Shown: piece after piece, positions 54,646 to 64,000 of the stretch
Layout: each line of letters opens with the position of its first letter
How positions within the stretch are numbered: the stretch's first letter is position 1
Source: Candidatus Sungiibacteriota bacterium
Lineage (GTDB): Bacteria > Patescibacteriota > Minisyncoccia > Sungbacterales > HO2-52-23
DNA length: 64,000 bases
Reading direction: 5' to 3'
Assembly: GCA_016432465.1 (NCBI GenBank)
Contig: CP066690.1
Span: 398,823 to 462,822, forward strand
Notes under the pieces: model-generated
Databases searched by the model: none
The model's input: only the letters and a program-made list of their open reading frames with translations
Told to the model about the DNA's origin: nothing
Made by a program: the position numbers and the translations under genes

Positions 54646-54978
54646 AAGGCTGTACTTGACAAACTTATATTTTAAGAGTATAATGAATAGTAAGGCTTTG
54701 GCTCTTTTTTTTGTTCTAATTTGTTCTAGTCTGCTCTAATTTATTTTAATCTGCTTTTCCTGTTCTTCCTGACCGCACCTCCAGGGGGTGCGGGGTACTC
54801 CTCCGCCTACTAAAAGAAGGTGGGGGATAAAACCACTCCATTTCTATTGTCTGGTTCCCGAAAGGGAACAATGGCAGTGGCCTGTCTTGCCGCACGGTGC
54901 GGTAAGACAACCCCGCAACCCGGTCCGATTCTAATCGGACCACAGCGTCCCGACCCAGTCGGGACAGGAGGTGCGCCA

Positions 54979-55278
54979 ATGACCAAGACAGACGCTCCGC
55001 AGCTCGAAGCCGACCTGCGGTACCAAGCCACCATCCACTATGTGGATGAGGCTGGGTACCCGCATGTCGCCCGCGGTAGACGGCTGGCAGAGCCGTTTAT
55101 CGTAGGACAGGACGAACACGGTCGACACGTCGCTATCCCCATGGAGGCGATACGGTCGATCGACGTCGACGATGAACTCGTGGTTGGAGGGCTCTGGGAG
55201 CCGCTCCGGCGCGAGACCACCATCGTCGCCCACTGGCGCAGCGCGCCGTGGGGTGAGCTGGTGCGGTTGACACCGTAG
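54979..55278 (+). CDS. Hypothetical ORF inside a GC-rich island
   Basis: ATG at 54979 (MTKTDAPQLEAD...). GC-rich third positions unlike the rest of the window. Confidence 0.3.
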   Translation: MTKTDAPQLEADLRYQATIHYVDEAGYPHVARGRRLAEPFIVGQDEHGRHVAIPMEAIRSIDVDDELVVGGLWEPLRRETTIVAHWRSAPWGELVRLTP

Positions 55279-55416
55279 CCAGTTCACACGCGCAACCCAA
55301 CCCCCATGGCTCCACGCCGTGGGGGTTACGCTTTATCAATTATCGTTGCTATTACTGCGGTCGTGTTGATTGATTCCAGACAAAAAATGAAGTAAAATTT
55401 GAAAATGCGCCTATAG

Positions 55417-55480
55417 CTCAACTGGACAGAGCACCTGCCTTCGAAGCAGGGGGTTCCGGGTTCGAGTCCTGGTAGGCGCG
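55417..55480 (+). tRNA. tRNA-Arg(TCG)
   Basis: Acceptor gcgccta/taggcgc, anticodon arm cctgc-ctTCGaa-gcagg, T arm ccgggttcgagtcctgg. No CCA. Confidence 0.75.
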
Positions 55481-55485
55481 ATTTA

Positions 55486-55510
55486 AAAACGGCGATACGC
55501 GCCGTTTTTA
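55486..55510 (+). terminator. Rho-independent terminator
   Basis: aaaacggcg-atac-gcgccgtttt followed by ta. Confidence 0.65.
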
Positions 55511-55617
55511 AATAGCACTTTTATGGACGACGTTAGAACCTCGCTTGCGATATAAATTTGATATATTTTACCCACGGTATACTATATAAACAGCAATTTT
55601 AATCTGGAGGATATGAC

Positions 55618-56118
55618 ATGTCCGAAAAGTTCTTTGAAATGGCTAGACAGCGCAGTCAAGACTCTACCTGCCTTAAAACTAAAACCGGTGTGGTGATTAT
55701 CAAAAATGGTCAAAAGGTTTCTTCCGGTTGCAATCTATGCGCCCCTGAGGGGCACATTCATGGCGATGTCGTATCTGACTGCCCGAGGATGTCAACCAAA
55801 ACTGGAACGGGGTATGAATTATGCAAACCAATACATGCCGAGGTTATGGCGTGTCTTAATATCAGACCAAATCGTACTCCAAAAGAGTTGGCACAATTCG
55901 CAAGCCATATTAATCCGGCAAGGGAAGCAATACTAAGGGCTTTCACGCCGGATGAAAGAAAACGACTTGCGGGGGCAACTTTGTACCTCGTTGGCCACTA
56001 TTGGGCTTGTGAAGGTTGCCGTAAGTTTGCCGAAGCAGTAGGTATAACCGACATACAATTTGACGAACTCACCGGAAAAGAAACGGAAGATCGCTATAAA
56101 GCAACCAAGATAACATAA
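55618..56118 (+). CDS. Cytidine/dCMP deaminase family zinc-binding protein
   Basis: HAEVMAC ... LYLVGHYWACEGCRKFAEAVGI are the HAE and CxxC zinc ligand motifs. Confidence 0.7.
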   Translation: MSEKFFEMARQRSQDSTCLKTKTGVVIIKNGQKVSSGCNLCAPEGHIHGDVVSDCPRMSTKTGTGYELCKPIHAEVMACLNIRPNRTPKELAQFASHINPAREAILRAFTPDERKRLAGATLYLVGHYWACEGCRKFAEAVGITDIQFDELTGKETEDRYKATKIT

Positions 56119-56410
56119 GTGTGTCTTGAGCCGTCGTAAATAAACACGGCGGCTTTTTGTTAGAACCTCCGCCTAACGATCAAAGTACCGTTTAGGTTTC
56201 AGAAGAATTGGGGGTTCTAACACCATATCGTTGCCCGCTTGCCCTGCCGTAGCTTTATGCGAAGGCGGGTATGGGGAAATGGAATTTTTTATTGCCGAAA
56301 AATGAAATCTTCTGAAAAAGAAACAGTTTTTTAATGGTTGGACAGAGGTTCTAACAAAAAATAAAAAAACCCGCAAGATGTTATCTTGAACGGGTTGGCG
56401 ACTGGCGGTT

Positions 56411-56665
56411 TTACCGCGTTATGAGTATAGAATGATCTGAATGTCCTTTCCGGACGAAAGATTGTTTTGTTTTGCTGTCATAATCTATGTGCCATTTGTG
56501 TCCGTTTTTGCAGGTGGCGTCCATTCTCGGGCAGAGACAATGGGTTTCCAAAGTACTTCCGCACTCCGGGCAGAGATAATAAGTTTTCTTTTTACTGTAA
56601 GGTTTCATTCTCTCGTTATAAGCATAAGCAGCCTTGCCCTTTACGATTTTGTCTAACCAACCCAT
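56411..56665 (-). CDS. Small zinc-ribbon protein
   Basis: 84 aa with YYLCPECGS...HCLCPR...CKNGHKWH. Confidence 0.45.
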   Translation of the reverse strand: MGWLDKIVKGKAAYAYNERMKPYSKKKTYYLCPECGSTLETHCLCPRMDATCKNGHKWHIDYDSKTKQSFVRKGHSDHSILITR

Positions 56666-56860
56666 TTATATCCTCCTTTTTGTTGGCTTAAGAACTGGAA
56701 CTAAACACATCCTAACAGTTCTCCAGAATTTCTACAACAAAAAGAGTATGGGTATATTCATCAAAATTTCTAACTTGTTTTCTCGCGGCGTCTAACAGTT
56801 TTCTAAAGCTCAACTAACGCCTCGAGAGAGATTCTAACCTCGTCTATAAAAGTGCGATTT

Positions 56861-56886
56861 AAAAACGGCGACACGCGCCGTTTTGT
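56861..56886. terminator. Hairpin terminator (near-copy of the one at 55486)
   Basis: aaaacggcgacacgcgccgtttt abutting the stop of the minus-strand gene at 56886. Confidence 0.55.
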
Positions 56887-57875
56887 TACCCCTTAAAACC
56901 TTCGGATGTTTTCAGTCTGTCCTCTGCGTCCGGACTGTACTGACGCTCCATCTCCTGATATTGCTCAACGTCAACTGTTTTCATAAAACTTTCCATGGGA
57001 TGACCGGCGAGTTTCTGCTTGAGTTCAATAATGGCCCCAATACCGCGCTCGCGAAATGCCTTGGCTAACTCATAAACCGCACGTGTGTTTTCAAGGAGCG
57101 AAGGATAGGTAGTAAAAAGGAACTTATAACCCAACTCATTAAGCTCTTCTTGGGTGACCACGTCCTCTTCCAAATGCCACGCAAATGATGCTGAAACATT
57201 GAAACTTAACACGGCCTGCGGATGAACGCGACGTACACCCTCGGCAAAAGCTGTAGCGCTTTTTCGGTCGGGCCGCGGAAACTCGCACCACACCGAGTCA
57301 GCACCGGCATCAAGATAGGCCACTCCGCGGGCTACTACTTCTTCCATATCCCCGCCGAGAACCGGATCTTTTTTGGATCCTGCGGCGCCAAAAGCGTCGG
57401 TGCGGGCAATAATAAAGCGCGTAGGATCAATCTCGTCTCTAATTTTCAGCGCAAGACGCAGCTTCCCCAAAAATTCATTGCGGCCCAATACTGCTTTGCC
57501 GGCTATGTGGCCGCAGCGTTTGGGATATTTTTGATCCTCAAGGTGAAGACCCGCAACCGGAGTTGTGCCCAAAAACTCACTAACCGTACGCTTCACATTC
57601 AGGACTGACCCGTAGCCATCGTCAATATCGGCAATCACCGGAACAGAAACTGCACGGCTAATAAGACGTGCATGCTCAAGCATCTCGGTCATAGTAAGAA
57701 CGCCCATGTCTGGCCACCCCTTCATGCCGGCAGCAGCGTATCCGCCCGCATAAATACACTCCTGACCCGCCAGAGCCGCAACCTTAGCACTTATTACGCT
57801 CTCTACGCCAAAAGCCAATACGCCTTCGGGCCGTAAAATTAATTCTCTAAATCTAGTGCCAAGACTCTTACTCAT
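56886..57875 (-). CDS. Isocitrate lyase / PEP mutase superfamily enzyme (2-methylisocitrate lyase or PEP phosphomutase-like)
   Basis: Family signature KRCGHIAGK (K-[KR]-C-G-H) and VPVIADIDDGYG. Confidence 0.75.
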   Translation of the reverse strand: MSKSLGTRFRELILRPEGVLAFGVESVISAKVAALAGQECIYAGGYAAAGMKGWPDMGVLTMTEMLEHARLISRAVSVPVIADIDDGYGSVLNVKRTVSEFLGTTPVAGLHLEDQKYPKRCGHIAGKAVLGRNEFLGKLRLALKIRDEIDPTRFIIARTDAFGAAGSKKDPVLGGDMEEVVARGVAYLDAGADSVWCEFPRPDRKSATAFAEGVRRVHPQAVLSFNVSASFAWHLEEDVVTQEELNELGYKFLFTTYPSLLENTRAVYELAKAFRERGIGAIIELKQKLAGHPMESFMKTVDVEQYQEMERQYSPDAEDRLKTSEGFKG

Positions 57876-57974
57876 GGGTCGTACCTCCGAGGTGAGACTC
57901 TTTAAATTATAACAAAAAAACTATCATGTTCAAATAATAAAGGCGGGCGTCCTGCCCGCTTTCCACGACTATGA

Positions 57975-58748
57975 CTATGCAAATTTTTCAATGACCGTGG
58001 CTATATGATCAACCGTATTTTTAACTAAGTCTGTGGCGTCTTCAATCGCGTGGGAAAGAATTACCCACTCACCAAGCAGCAGGTCGGAACGGGTTAAGGC
58101 TTGGCCGGGTTTTTCTATAAGAAACTGGTAGTAGAGGTCACGTATTCCGCCCTCGCCGTCCCAGAACTCATCAGCCTGATTTTCAAGGGCATGAATTACC
58201 GAGTGCACCTCCGGCATTCTTTGGGACTTGGAAAGATGTTTAATCGCGCGGGGAAGCTCTTTGGTTGCTGCCGCTAAAACCCGTGTCAGCTTTTCGGTTG
58301 GGAGAAGCAATGGGTCAAAAATTTTAAAAGATCCCATGAGTCTTTTGGATAAAACAGCCATTCGCTTTCCAACCGAGTCAACCGTGTCAATTATATCATC
58401 AAGGTTTCGGGCAAGAAGTATTATATCCTCACGGTCAATTGGAGTAACGAAGCGGTGCGCAACGGTTTCGTAAACTATACGCAGATAGTCATCTCCGGCG
58501 ACCTCAATCTCTTTCAGCTGTGGGTAGAGAACGACGGCCTGACTAGGTTGAGAAACCATAACGCCGAGGATTTTTGCTGCTTGTCCAACAAGGATGACCT
58601 GCTGACTAAAAAGTTCAAAGAAGTCGTCGCCTTTTTTTAAAAAAATCTTTCTTGTCAGGCTGGAAAATGACGAACCAATGCCCACTGCCCTTATCCCCCA
58701 TGACCGTAAGTCCACCGTAACATCAAATTGACGATCTTGCAAGGTCAA
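57975..58748 (-). CDS. DUF47 (PhoU-like, phosphate-transport-regulator-related) family protein
   Basis: KKGDDFFELFSQQVILVGQAA...FVTPIDREDIILLARNLDDIID matches the DUF47 pattern. Confidence 0.65.
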   Translation of the reverse strand: MTLQDRQFDVTVDLRSWGIRAVGIGSSFSSLTRKIFLKKGDDFFELFSQQVILVGQAAKILGVMVSQPSQAVVLYPQLKEIEVAGDDYLRIVYETVAHRFVTPIDREDIILLARNLDDIIDTVDSVGKRMAVLSKRLMGSFKIFDPLLLPTEKLTRVLAAATKELPRAIKHLSKSQRMPEVHSVIHALENQADEFWDGEGGIRDLYYQFLIEKPGQALTRSDLLLGEWVILSHAIEDATDLVKNTVDHIATVIEKFA

Positions 58749-58882
58749 GATAAAATTACCTTGGTTTAGGCCACGTCTCGACCCTGGTCGGGACTCAACC
58801 GGCCCCGCACTGAAATCCTAGCTCAATCTGTAAATTTACAGGTAGCCCCCCATAGCTTAATTGGCCCCGCACTAAAATTTAT

Positions 58883-58955
58883 CCGTCCCTAGCTCAACTG
58901 GTAGAGCAGCTCCCTCTTAAGGAGACGGTTCCGAGTTCGAGTCTCGGGGGACGGA
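58883..58955 (+). tRNA. tRNA-Lys(CTT), second copy
   Basis: Acceptor ccgtccc/gggacgg, D arm gctcaactggtagagc, anticodon arm gctcc-ctCTTaa-ggaga, T arm ccgagttcgagtctcgg. No CCA. Confidence 0.7.
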
Positions 58956-59075
58956 CTGGATAAATTTAGTACGGGGTAAACGCCGCAGCTCCGTGGGTTA
59001 CAGGCCTGCCCCGCATACAGCTATGCTGTTGTGTGGGGTTCAACTCCTGGTGGGGGAAAATAAAAAAAGTCAGGC

Positions 59076-59819
59076 TTATTTGCCGAACAGCGCTGGAGAT
59101 GGAATTTTCAATTCTCGTCCATCAATTTTTACAACACTTATTTCTATTTCTACATAGATCGTTTCGGCGCCTTGTTCGAAATCCTCAATTGGTATACCCC
59201 TTATGTCCCTTCTCACTTTAAATATTTTATAACTAACTACCCCCTCATACCTCCGTAGCGGCTTCGTTTGATAATCTTTTAAGTAATCAGCGAGTTCGTT
59301 TGTCGGTATAAGCAGGTTGACCTTGAAGATGAACCAAATATGTTGTTTTGTTTCGGTGGACTCGTTGCGTTTAGTCGTTCTCCATATATTCAACGGCTCT
59401 TCAGAAACCCCTATTTCGTAACTTATCCAGGACCACGCCTCCGATTCTTTCTCGGGAGAGACAGGAAACGTACCAATCCACAGTCCGCTAAAATAATTGG
59501 TTTCTCCATGTTCTACGATAATTTTTCTGTTGCGTAAGTCGTCTCCTGCAAATACCACCATAATTTTGTTATTATCAGAATCAACCTGGGGGTTGACATC
59601 AATAATTTTTAGCGTCTTTATCAATGCATCAGGTGTAAACACCGTATTATCAGCGGCTGCCCAAGACGATATCGTCATCAATGAAAGTATAAATAACGCA
59701 GTGGCCCAAGTTTTCACGCCAGCTCCCTCTATCTTTGTTAAATACCCAATAAGAAAGTAGCATACTGGGTAGAAAACTGCAAACAGTAATTCTTCCGAGA
59801 TCCGGTTCCCCGCCTCCAC
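59076..59819 (-). CDS. Hypothetical protein with N-terminal hydrophobic segment
   Basis: 247-aa ORF. Confidence 0.4.
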   Translation of the reverse strand: MEAGNRISEELLFAVFYPVCYFLIGYLTKIEGAGVKTWATALFILSLMTISSWAAADNTVFTPDALIKTLKIIDVNPQVDSDNNKIMVVFAGDDLRNRKIIVEHGETNYFSGLWIGTFPVSPEKESEAWSWISYEIGVSEEPLNIWRTTKRNESTETKQHIWFIFKVNLLIPTNELADYLKDYQTKPLRRYEGVVSYKIFKVRRDIRGIPIEDFEQGAETIYVEIEISVVKIDGRELKIPSPALFGK

Positions 59820-59894
59820 CTTAAATTACGGCGGGCAGGCAAGGGAAGTCTGACTTCTCAAGTAGCTCCTACGGGAGGTTAAAATATTATATCC

Positions 59895-60170
59895 ATGGAA
59901 AACCCCGAATCAGAGTTAGAAAAAAGACAACGTCTTAGACAAAAACTCCAAGAAGCCGCAACCGAATATAAAGAGAACCCAGACAAAGGATGGGCACATA
60001 TTGGTTTTCTCGTCAGAAAAAAAGATACTGACGAATTTGAGGTGTGGTATTATGAACCGCGACAAATCGCTGATGTGACTGAGGCCGAGGTGGTTTTTGC
60101 TGAAGGAGACACTTTCTCTGTAGAATTCGTTGAAGATGTTTTGTTGCTGGAGAAAACAAACCAGCATTAA
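59895..60170 (+). CDS. Hypothetical small protein
   Basis: 91-aa ORF. Confidence 0.35.
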   Translation: MENPESELEKRQRLRQKLQEAATEYKENPDKGWAHIGFLVRKKDTDEFEVWYYEPRQIADVTEAEVVFAEGDTFSVEFVEDVLLLEKTNQH

Positions 60171-60354
60171 AGTGCGGCTACCAATTCCTTACAAAAGCAA
60201 CCGGAGAAATCCCAGAAATCACCCCCAAAGCGGTTCTAACTTCGTCCACCCAGCTCAGCCGGGTCCAGTAGGACGGACAAAATTTATGTTGACTTATTTG
60301 TGGGCAAATGCTACTACCAACTTAGCTTCTTGAAAACCAAAAAAGGAGCTAAAG

Positions 60355-60948
60355 ATGTCCGCTACGCATAGTGGTGGCGACGCCACGGTCAAAGACTTTT
60401 TGGAAACAATTCTTTTGGAGGGAGAGAGGCTGGTTGCTGAACACGTCAGGATCCCGGAACCCAAACACGCCGAATTACTAAGTTTTGAAGCTGGTTTCAG
60501 GGATACCTACTTTGGCTCCCTGCGAGAAGAGCTTTTAACTAAATTGCACACCCGCCAAGATCCTTATAAATTCATTCGGGGCGTATTTAGTTCCATAAAA
60601 AGCAAAAAGTTTTTAATGACCCTTGAGGGCAATTCCGAGGACCTGTCGCACGACGGAATTCTAAAACTGGCTGGGATAAAAATACTGCAAGCCCTTTTAG
60701 GCACGGCTCTCCACAGCCAAGGACGTTTTGCCTCTGATTTTTCTGAAGATATGGACAAGGTTGAAAGGTTGCTCGGCATGTGGATGGAAACCGGGTTGGA
60801 AATGCCCAAAGAAGAAGAAATAACTCTGCGCAGGGAACTCGCTAAATCCTTAATAGACCCCGATTCCGTATTTGAGCTTCTTAAAGAGAGCGCCGCGGCC
60901 CGGCGCGGAGAAAACAAGGACAAAAAAGACCCCGGACAGTATCTGTAA
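60355..60948 (+). CDS. Hypothetical protein
   Basis: 197-aa ORF. Confidence 0.4.
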   Translation: MSATHSGGDATVKDFLETILLEGERLVAEHVRIPEPKHAELLSFEAGFRDTYFGSLREELLTKLHTRQDPYKFIRGVFSSIKSKKFLMTLEGNSEDLSHDGILKLAGIKILQALLGTALHSQGRFASDFSEDMDKVERLLGMWMETGLEMPKEEEITLRRELAKSLIDPDSVFELLKESAAARRGENKDKKDPGQYL

Positions 60949-60990
60949 TCATAGAGAGAGACCCAATGGGTCTTTCTTTTAAATTTCGCC

Positions 60991-61296
60991 TTGCAAAGTG
61001 GGATGGGTTATGATAATATGGCGGCAATGGCCCTTACCAACAAAGATAAATCAAAATTAATAGAAAAGTTCCGGACGCACGGGAAAGACACGGGGTCAAC
61101 CGAGGTACAGATTGCAATTTTGACCGAAGAAATAAATCGCCTGACCGGACATCTGAAGAAAAATCCCAAAGACAATCATTCCCGTAGGGGGCTTTTAGGG
61201 ATGGTCTCGCAGCGAAAAAAGTTGCTTGATTATCTAAAGGAGTCCAGCGTCCGCCGCTATAACAGCCTGATTAAAAAACTCGGGCTCAAACGATAA
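60991..61296 (+). CDS. rpsO: 30S ribosomal protein S15
   Basis: [36 protein letters not shown] is the canonical S15 sequence; the start is probably the internal Met (MALTNKDKS). Confidence 0.85.
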   Translation: MQSGMGYDNMAAMALTNKDKSKLIEKFRTHGKDTGSTEVQIAILTEEINRLTGHLKKNPKDNHSRRGLLGMVSQRKKLLDYLKESSVRRYNSLIKKLGLKR

Positions 61297-61811
61297 TGTC
61301 AATCATCAAACATAAAGCCCAGCGCGTTGCGGTTCTGATTGACGTGCAAAACATGTATCATTCAGCCAAGAATCTTTATAATGCACGGGTTAACTTCAAA
61401 GAAGTCGTAAAGTCCGTCGTGGCGGGACGCGAACTCGTACGCGCCATTGCTTACGTTATAAGGACAGAGTCCGGCGAAGAAAAACCATTTCTTGAGGCCT
61501 TAACCAAAGTAGGGATTGAAACCAAAATAAAAGACCTGCAGATATTTCCCGGGGGAATGAAAAAAGCCGACTGGGACGTGGGCATGGCCATAGACGCGGT
61601 CAGACTTGCGGACTCTTTTATAAACGCCGTAATTCTGGTCAGTGGGGACGGGGATTTTGTGCCGCTGGTAGAGCATCTAAAGGGAAAGGGCATACAGGTT
61701 GAGGTGGTTGCTTTTGCACGCTCTACTTCTCAAAGATTGCAGGAGGCGGCTGAAGACTTTCTGGATCTTGGGTCTGATCCGAGGAAATTTCTTTTAAAAA
61801 TTAGTAAATAA
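61296..61811 (+). CDS. NYN/LabA-like domain protein
   Basis: RVAVLIDVQNMYHSAK...VSGDGDFVPLVEHLK are NYN motifs. Confidence 0.7.
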   Translation: MSIIKHKAQRVAVLIDVQNMYHSAKNLYNARVNFKEVVKSVVAGRELVRAIAYVIRTESGEEKPFLEALTKVGIETKIKDLQIFPGGMKKADWDVGMAIDAVRLADSFINAVILVSGDGDFVPLVEHLKGKGIQVEVVAFARSTSQRLQEAAEDFLDLGSDPRKFLLKISK

Positions 61812-61940
61812 AGGGTGCGGGAGAAGCGGTAAGGCGAAACATCCAAAGAAACAACAGATCATTCGTTTATGGCCGTGAGGTTTCGCGGCTATAAATGAAT
61901 GATCTCTCGCCCTCACGCGATCCCGACATCTATTTTATAC
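61812..61940 (+). promoter_or_regulatory. Structured pnp leader (long inverted repeat, candidate RNase III / autoregulatory hairpin)
   Basis: gatcattcgtttat ... ataaatgaatgatc is a 14-bp inverted repeat enclosing a second hairpin, between rpsO/NYN and pnp. Confidence 0.45.
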
Positions 61941-64000
61941 GTGGACGTAAAAAATTATTCGCATACCCTTGGGGGTAAAACATTTACTATTTCTCTTACC
62001 AACTGGGCCGAGCAGGCCAACGGTTCAGTTTTGGTTAGACTGGGAGATACTTTGGTGCTGGCCACGGCCGTGATGGGTCTGCAACCGCGCGAGGGGGGAG
62101 ATTTTTTCCCGCTGACCGTTGAGTACGAAGAAAAGTTTTACGCTGCCGGAAAAATTTTGGGCTCCCGTTTTATAAAAAGGGAAACCCGGCCTTCGGAGGA
62201 GGCCACGCTTGCGGCCCGCCTGATTGATCGCTCCATCCGGCCCAGATTTGATATGCGCATGCGAAACGAGGTGCAAATAGTGGTAACGGTTCTTTCGGTT
62301 GATGATCAAAACGACCCGGATGTGCTGGCGCTTCTTGCTTCTTCCCTTGCGCTTTCGCTCTCCAACATCCCGTGGCAGGGACCAACTGCCGGAGTGCGCG
62401 TAGGACGCGTTGACGGAAACTTCGTGCTCAACCCTCTTTATGAGGAAAGGGGCCGCGCCGATCTTGATATGGTGGTATCCGGAACCAAAGAAAGAATTAA
62501 CATGCTTGAAGCAAGCGCCAACGAAATTTCGGAGGAGGACTTTGCATCTGCCGCAGAATGGGGATTTGGTTTTCTGAAGGAGCTTATAGAGTTTGAAAAT
62601 GAAATAATTAAAGAAAACGTGCAGGAAAAAATGGAAGTACGGCTGCTTAGCGCGCCGCAGGAACTAAAAGATCTTCTTAAAAAAGAGTTTTCTTCACGGC
62701 TTGAGGAAGCGTTGTATCAAAGGGGTAAGAAAGCCGCACGCTATGGAGAAAAAGCGGCAATAAAAGACGAGTGGTTGGGGCGGGCCCAAGATAAATATCC
62801 GGAACTTTTCCAAAAAAACGCTGCGGAGTTTTTGCTTGATGAGGAAGTAAATGAAATCCTCCACCGTCGCATTATTGAAAAGGGGGAAAGGCCAGACGGC
62901 AGAAAGCCAGACGAGCTTCGTTCTCTTGGGGCCGAGGTTGGCGTTCTGCCGCGCGTCCACGGATCGGGCCTGTTTATGCGCGGCGAGACGCATGCCTTGG
63001 CTACCCTTACCCTTGGCGCGCCCGGAGACGAGCAAATTGTAGAGGGAATGGAGGTACGCACCAAAAAACGGTTGCTCCTGCATTACAACTTTCCGCCCTA
63101 TTCCACCGGCGAGATAAAACCCATGCGTGGACCGGGCCGCAGAGAAATAGGACATGGAGCGCTTGCCGGACGAGCCATTGCTCCGCTTATACCTTCTAAG
63201 GAAGAATTTCCTTATACATTGCGGGTTGTCTCAGAAATCCTTTCCTCCAACGGCTCCTCTTCCATGGCTTCGGTGTGCGGCGCGTCGCTTGCTCTTATGG
63301 ATGCTGGCGTACCTATTAAAAAAGCGGCGGCTGGTGCGGCCATGGGTCTCGTGTTAAATAAAAAAGGAGAATACAGGGTACTTACCGACATTCAGGGGCC
63401 GGAGGATCATCACGGCGACATGGATTTTAAGGTCGCTGGGACCAAAGACGGCATCACGGCTGTGCAAATGGATGTAAAAATTGAAGGAATAAACTTTGAC
63501 ATGCTTAAAGACACGCTGCGCCAGGCCCTTAAGTCGCGCTTGGAAATTCTTGGCGTTATGAATTCTGTGCTGGACGCGCCGCGACCAGAACTTTCGCCGT
63601 GGGCCCCTCGCGTAAATATTATTAAAATCAATCCGGAGAAAATCGGAGCGCTTATTGGCCCCGGCGGAAAAGTTATAAATGACATTATTGCGCAGACCGG
63701 AGCCGAAATAGACATTGAGGACGACGGCACTGTCTACATCACTTCTGAAACAGAGGACGGCATGAAAAAGGCCTTATCTTTGGTAAAACAAATTACTAGA
63801 GAAATTAAGCCGGGCGAGCTGATGGAGGGAAGGGTTACAAGAATTCTTGACTTCGGAGCCATGGTAGAGGTCGGCCCGCGTCAAGATGGACTGGTCCACA
63901 TATCAGAACTTGCTCCGTGGCATGTGGAAAAAGTAACTGATATAGTAAGAATGGGCGACGTTATTCCGGTCAAAGTAAAAAACATTGACGAGCAGGGCCG
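61941..64000 (+). CDS. pnp: Polyribonucleotide nucleotidyltransferase (PNPase), 5' partial, runs off the window
   Basis: GTG start, then MDVKNYSHTLGGKTFTISLTNWAEQANGSVLV..., RNase PH domains, KH (IGPGGKVIND) and the start of S1. Confidence 0.85.
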   Translation, partial: MDVKNYSHTLGGKTFTISLTNWAEQANGSVLVRLGDTLVLATAVMGLQPREGGDFFPLTVEYEEKFYAAGKILGSRFIKRETRPSEEATLAARLIDRSIRPRFDMRMRNEVQIVVTVLSVDDQNDPDVLALLASSLALSLSNIPWQGPTAGVRVGRVDGNFVLNPLYEERGRADLDMVVSGTKERINMLEASANEISEEDFASAAEWGFGFLKELIEFENEIIKENVQEKMEVRLLSAPQELKDLLKKEFSSRLEEALYQRGKKAARYGEKAAIKDEWLGRAQDKYPELFQKNAAEFLLDEEVNEILHRRIIEKGERPDGRKPDELRSLGAEVGVLPRVHGSGLFMRGETHALATLTLGAPGDEQIVEGMEVRTKKRLLLHYNFPPYSTGEIKPMRGPGRREIGHGALAGRAIAPLIPSKEEFPYTLRVVSEILSSNGSSSMASVCGASLALMDAGVPIKKAAAGAAMGLVLNKKGEYRVLTDIQGPEDHHGDMDFKVAGTKDGITAVQMDVKIEGINFDMLKDTLRQALKSRLEILGVMNSVLDAPRPELSPWAPRVNIIKINPEKIGALIGPGGKVINDIIAQTGAEIDIEDDGTVYITSETEDGMKKALSLVKQITREIKPGELMEGRVTRILDFGAMVEVGPRQDGLVHISELAPWHVEKVTDIVRMGDVIPVKVKNIDEQG

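Noticed and set aside
54820-55339. ORFs 54820..55278 (+), 54931..55287 (-) and 55133..55339 (-) in the GC-rich island
   Set aside because: High GC generates long spurious ORFs in all frames. Only the ATG-initiated frame from 54979 is kept, and only at low confidence.
62025-63730. Minus-strand ORFs 62025..62309, 62694..63155 and 63410..63730
   Set aside because: They lie antisense to the PNPase frame, which has unmistakable RNase PH/KH motifs.
1-64000. CRISPR array
   Set aside because: No regularly spaced identical direct repeats of 24-48 nt are found. The repeats present are tRNA-associated elements with variable spacing and inverted symmetry.

Overview
The window looks like a small, streamlined bacterial genome segment. 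I infer a Patescibacteria/CPR-like organism from the ATP-dependent DNA ligase, the paired GatCA without GatB, the many small hypotheticals and the reduced metabolism. The genetic code appears standard, since TGA, TAA and TAG are all used as stops. Housekeeping content includes two N-terminal prepilin-type pilins, an ATP-dependent DNA ligase, gatC-gatA, pheS and gyrB. The gyrB gene carries a 432-aa intein with an HNH endonuclease. The secE-nusG-rplK cluster is present but interrupted by extra ORFs. Further housekeeping genes are tsaD, valS, a CCA-adding enzyme, rpsO and the 5' part of pnp. There is a nucleotide-salvage island at about 27.0-34.0 kb with a dCMP-deaminase-like gene, two P-loop kinases, tmk, thyX, two nucleoside-deoxyribosyltransferase-like paralogs and a Nudix gene. 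Unusually for such a genome there are methylmalonyl-CoA-mutase, acyl-CoA-dehydrogenase, aldehyde-dehydrogenase and isocitrate-lyase/PEP-mutase family genes. I called about 29 tRNA genes by eye; most encode the CCA end. Twenty-three of them lie in a 3-kb array at 41.0-43.9 kb.

The most striking features are non-coding. A family of about 110-300-nt multi-hairpin repeat elements sits next to or inside tRNA genes and is flanked by duplications of the tRNA T-loop/3' end. A 15-nt palindrome, CCAAGTCTGACTTGG, follows the CCA of many tRNAs, with re-duplication of the acceptor 3' strand. A family of inverted repeats (tcccccacc/ggtggggga type) is present, one pair of which encloses a complete tRNA that itself sits between halves of another tRNA-like sequence. 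Several tRNAs have odd anticodon arms. A roughly 600-bp GC-rich island lies at about 54.7-55.3 kb. All calls are made by eye from the sequence, so coordinates of RNA genes and elements may be off by a few nucleotides.
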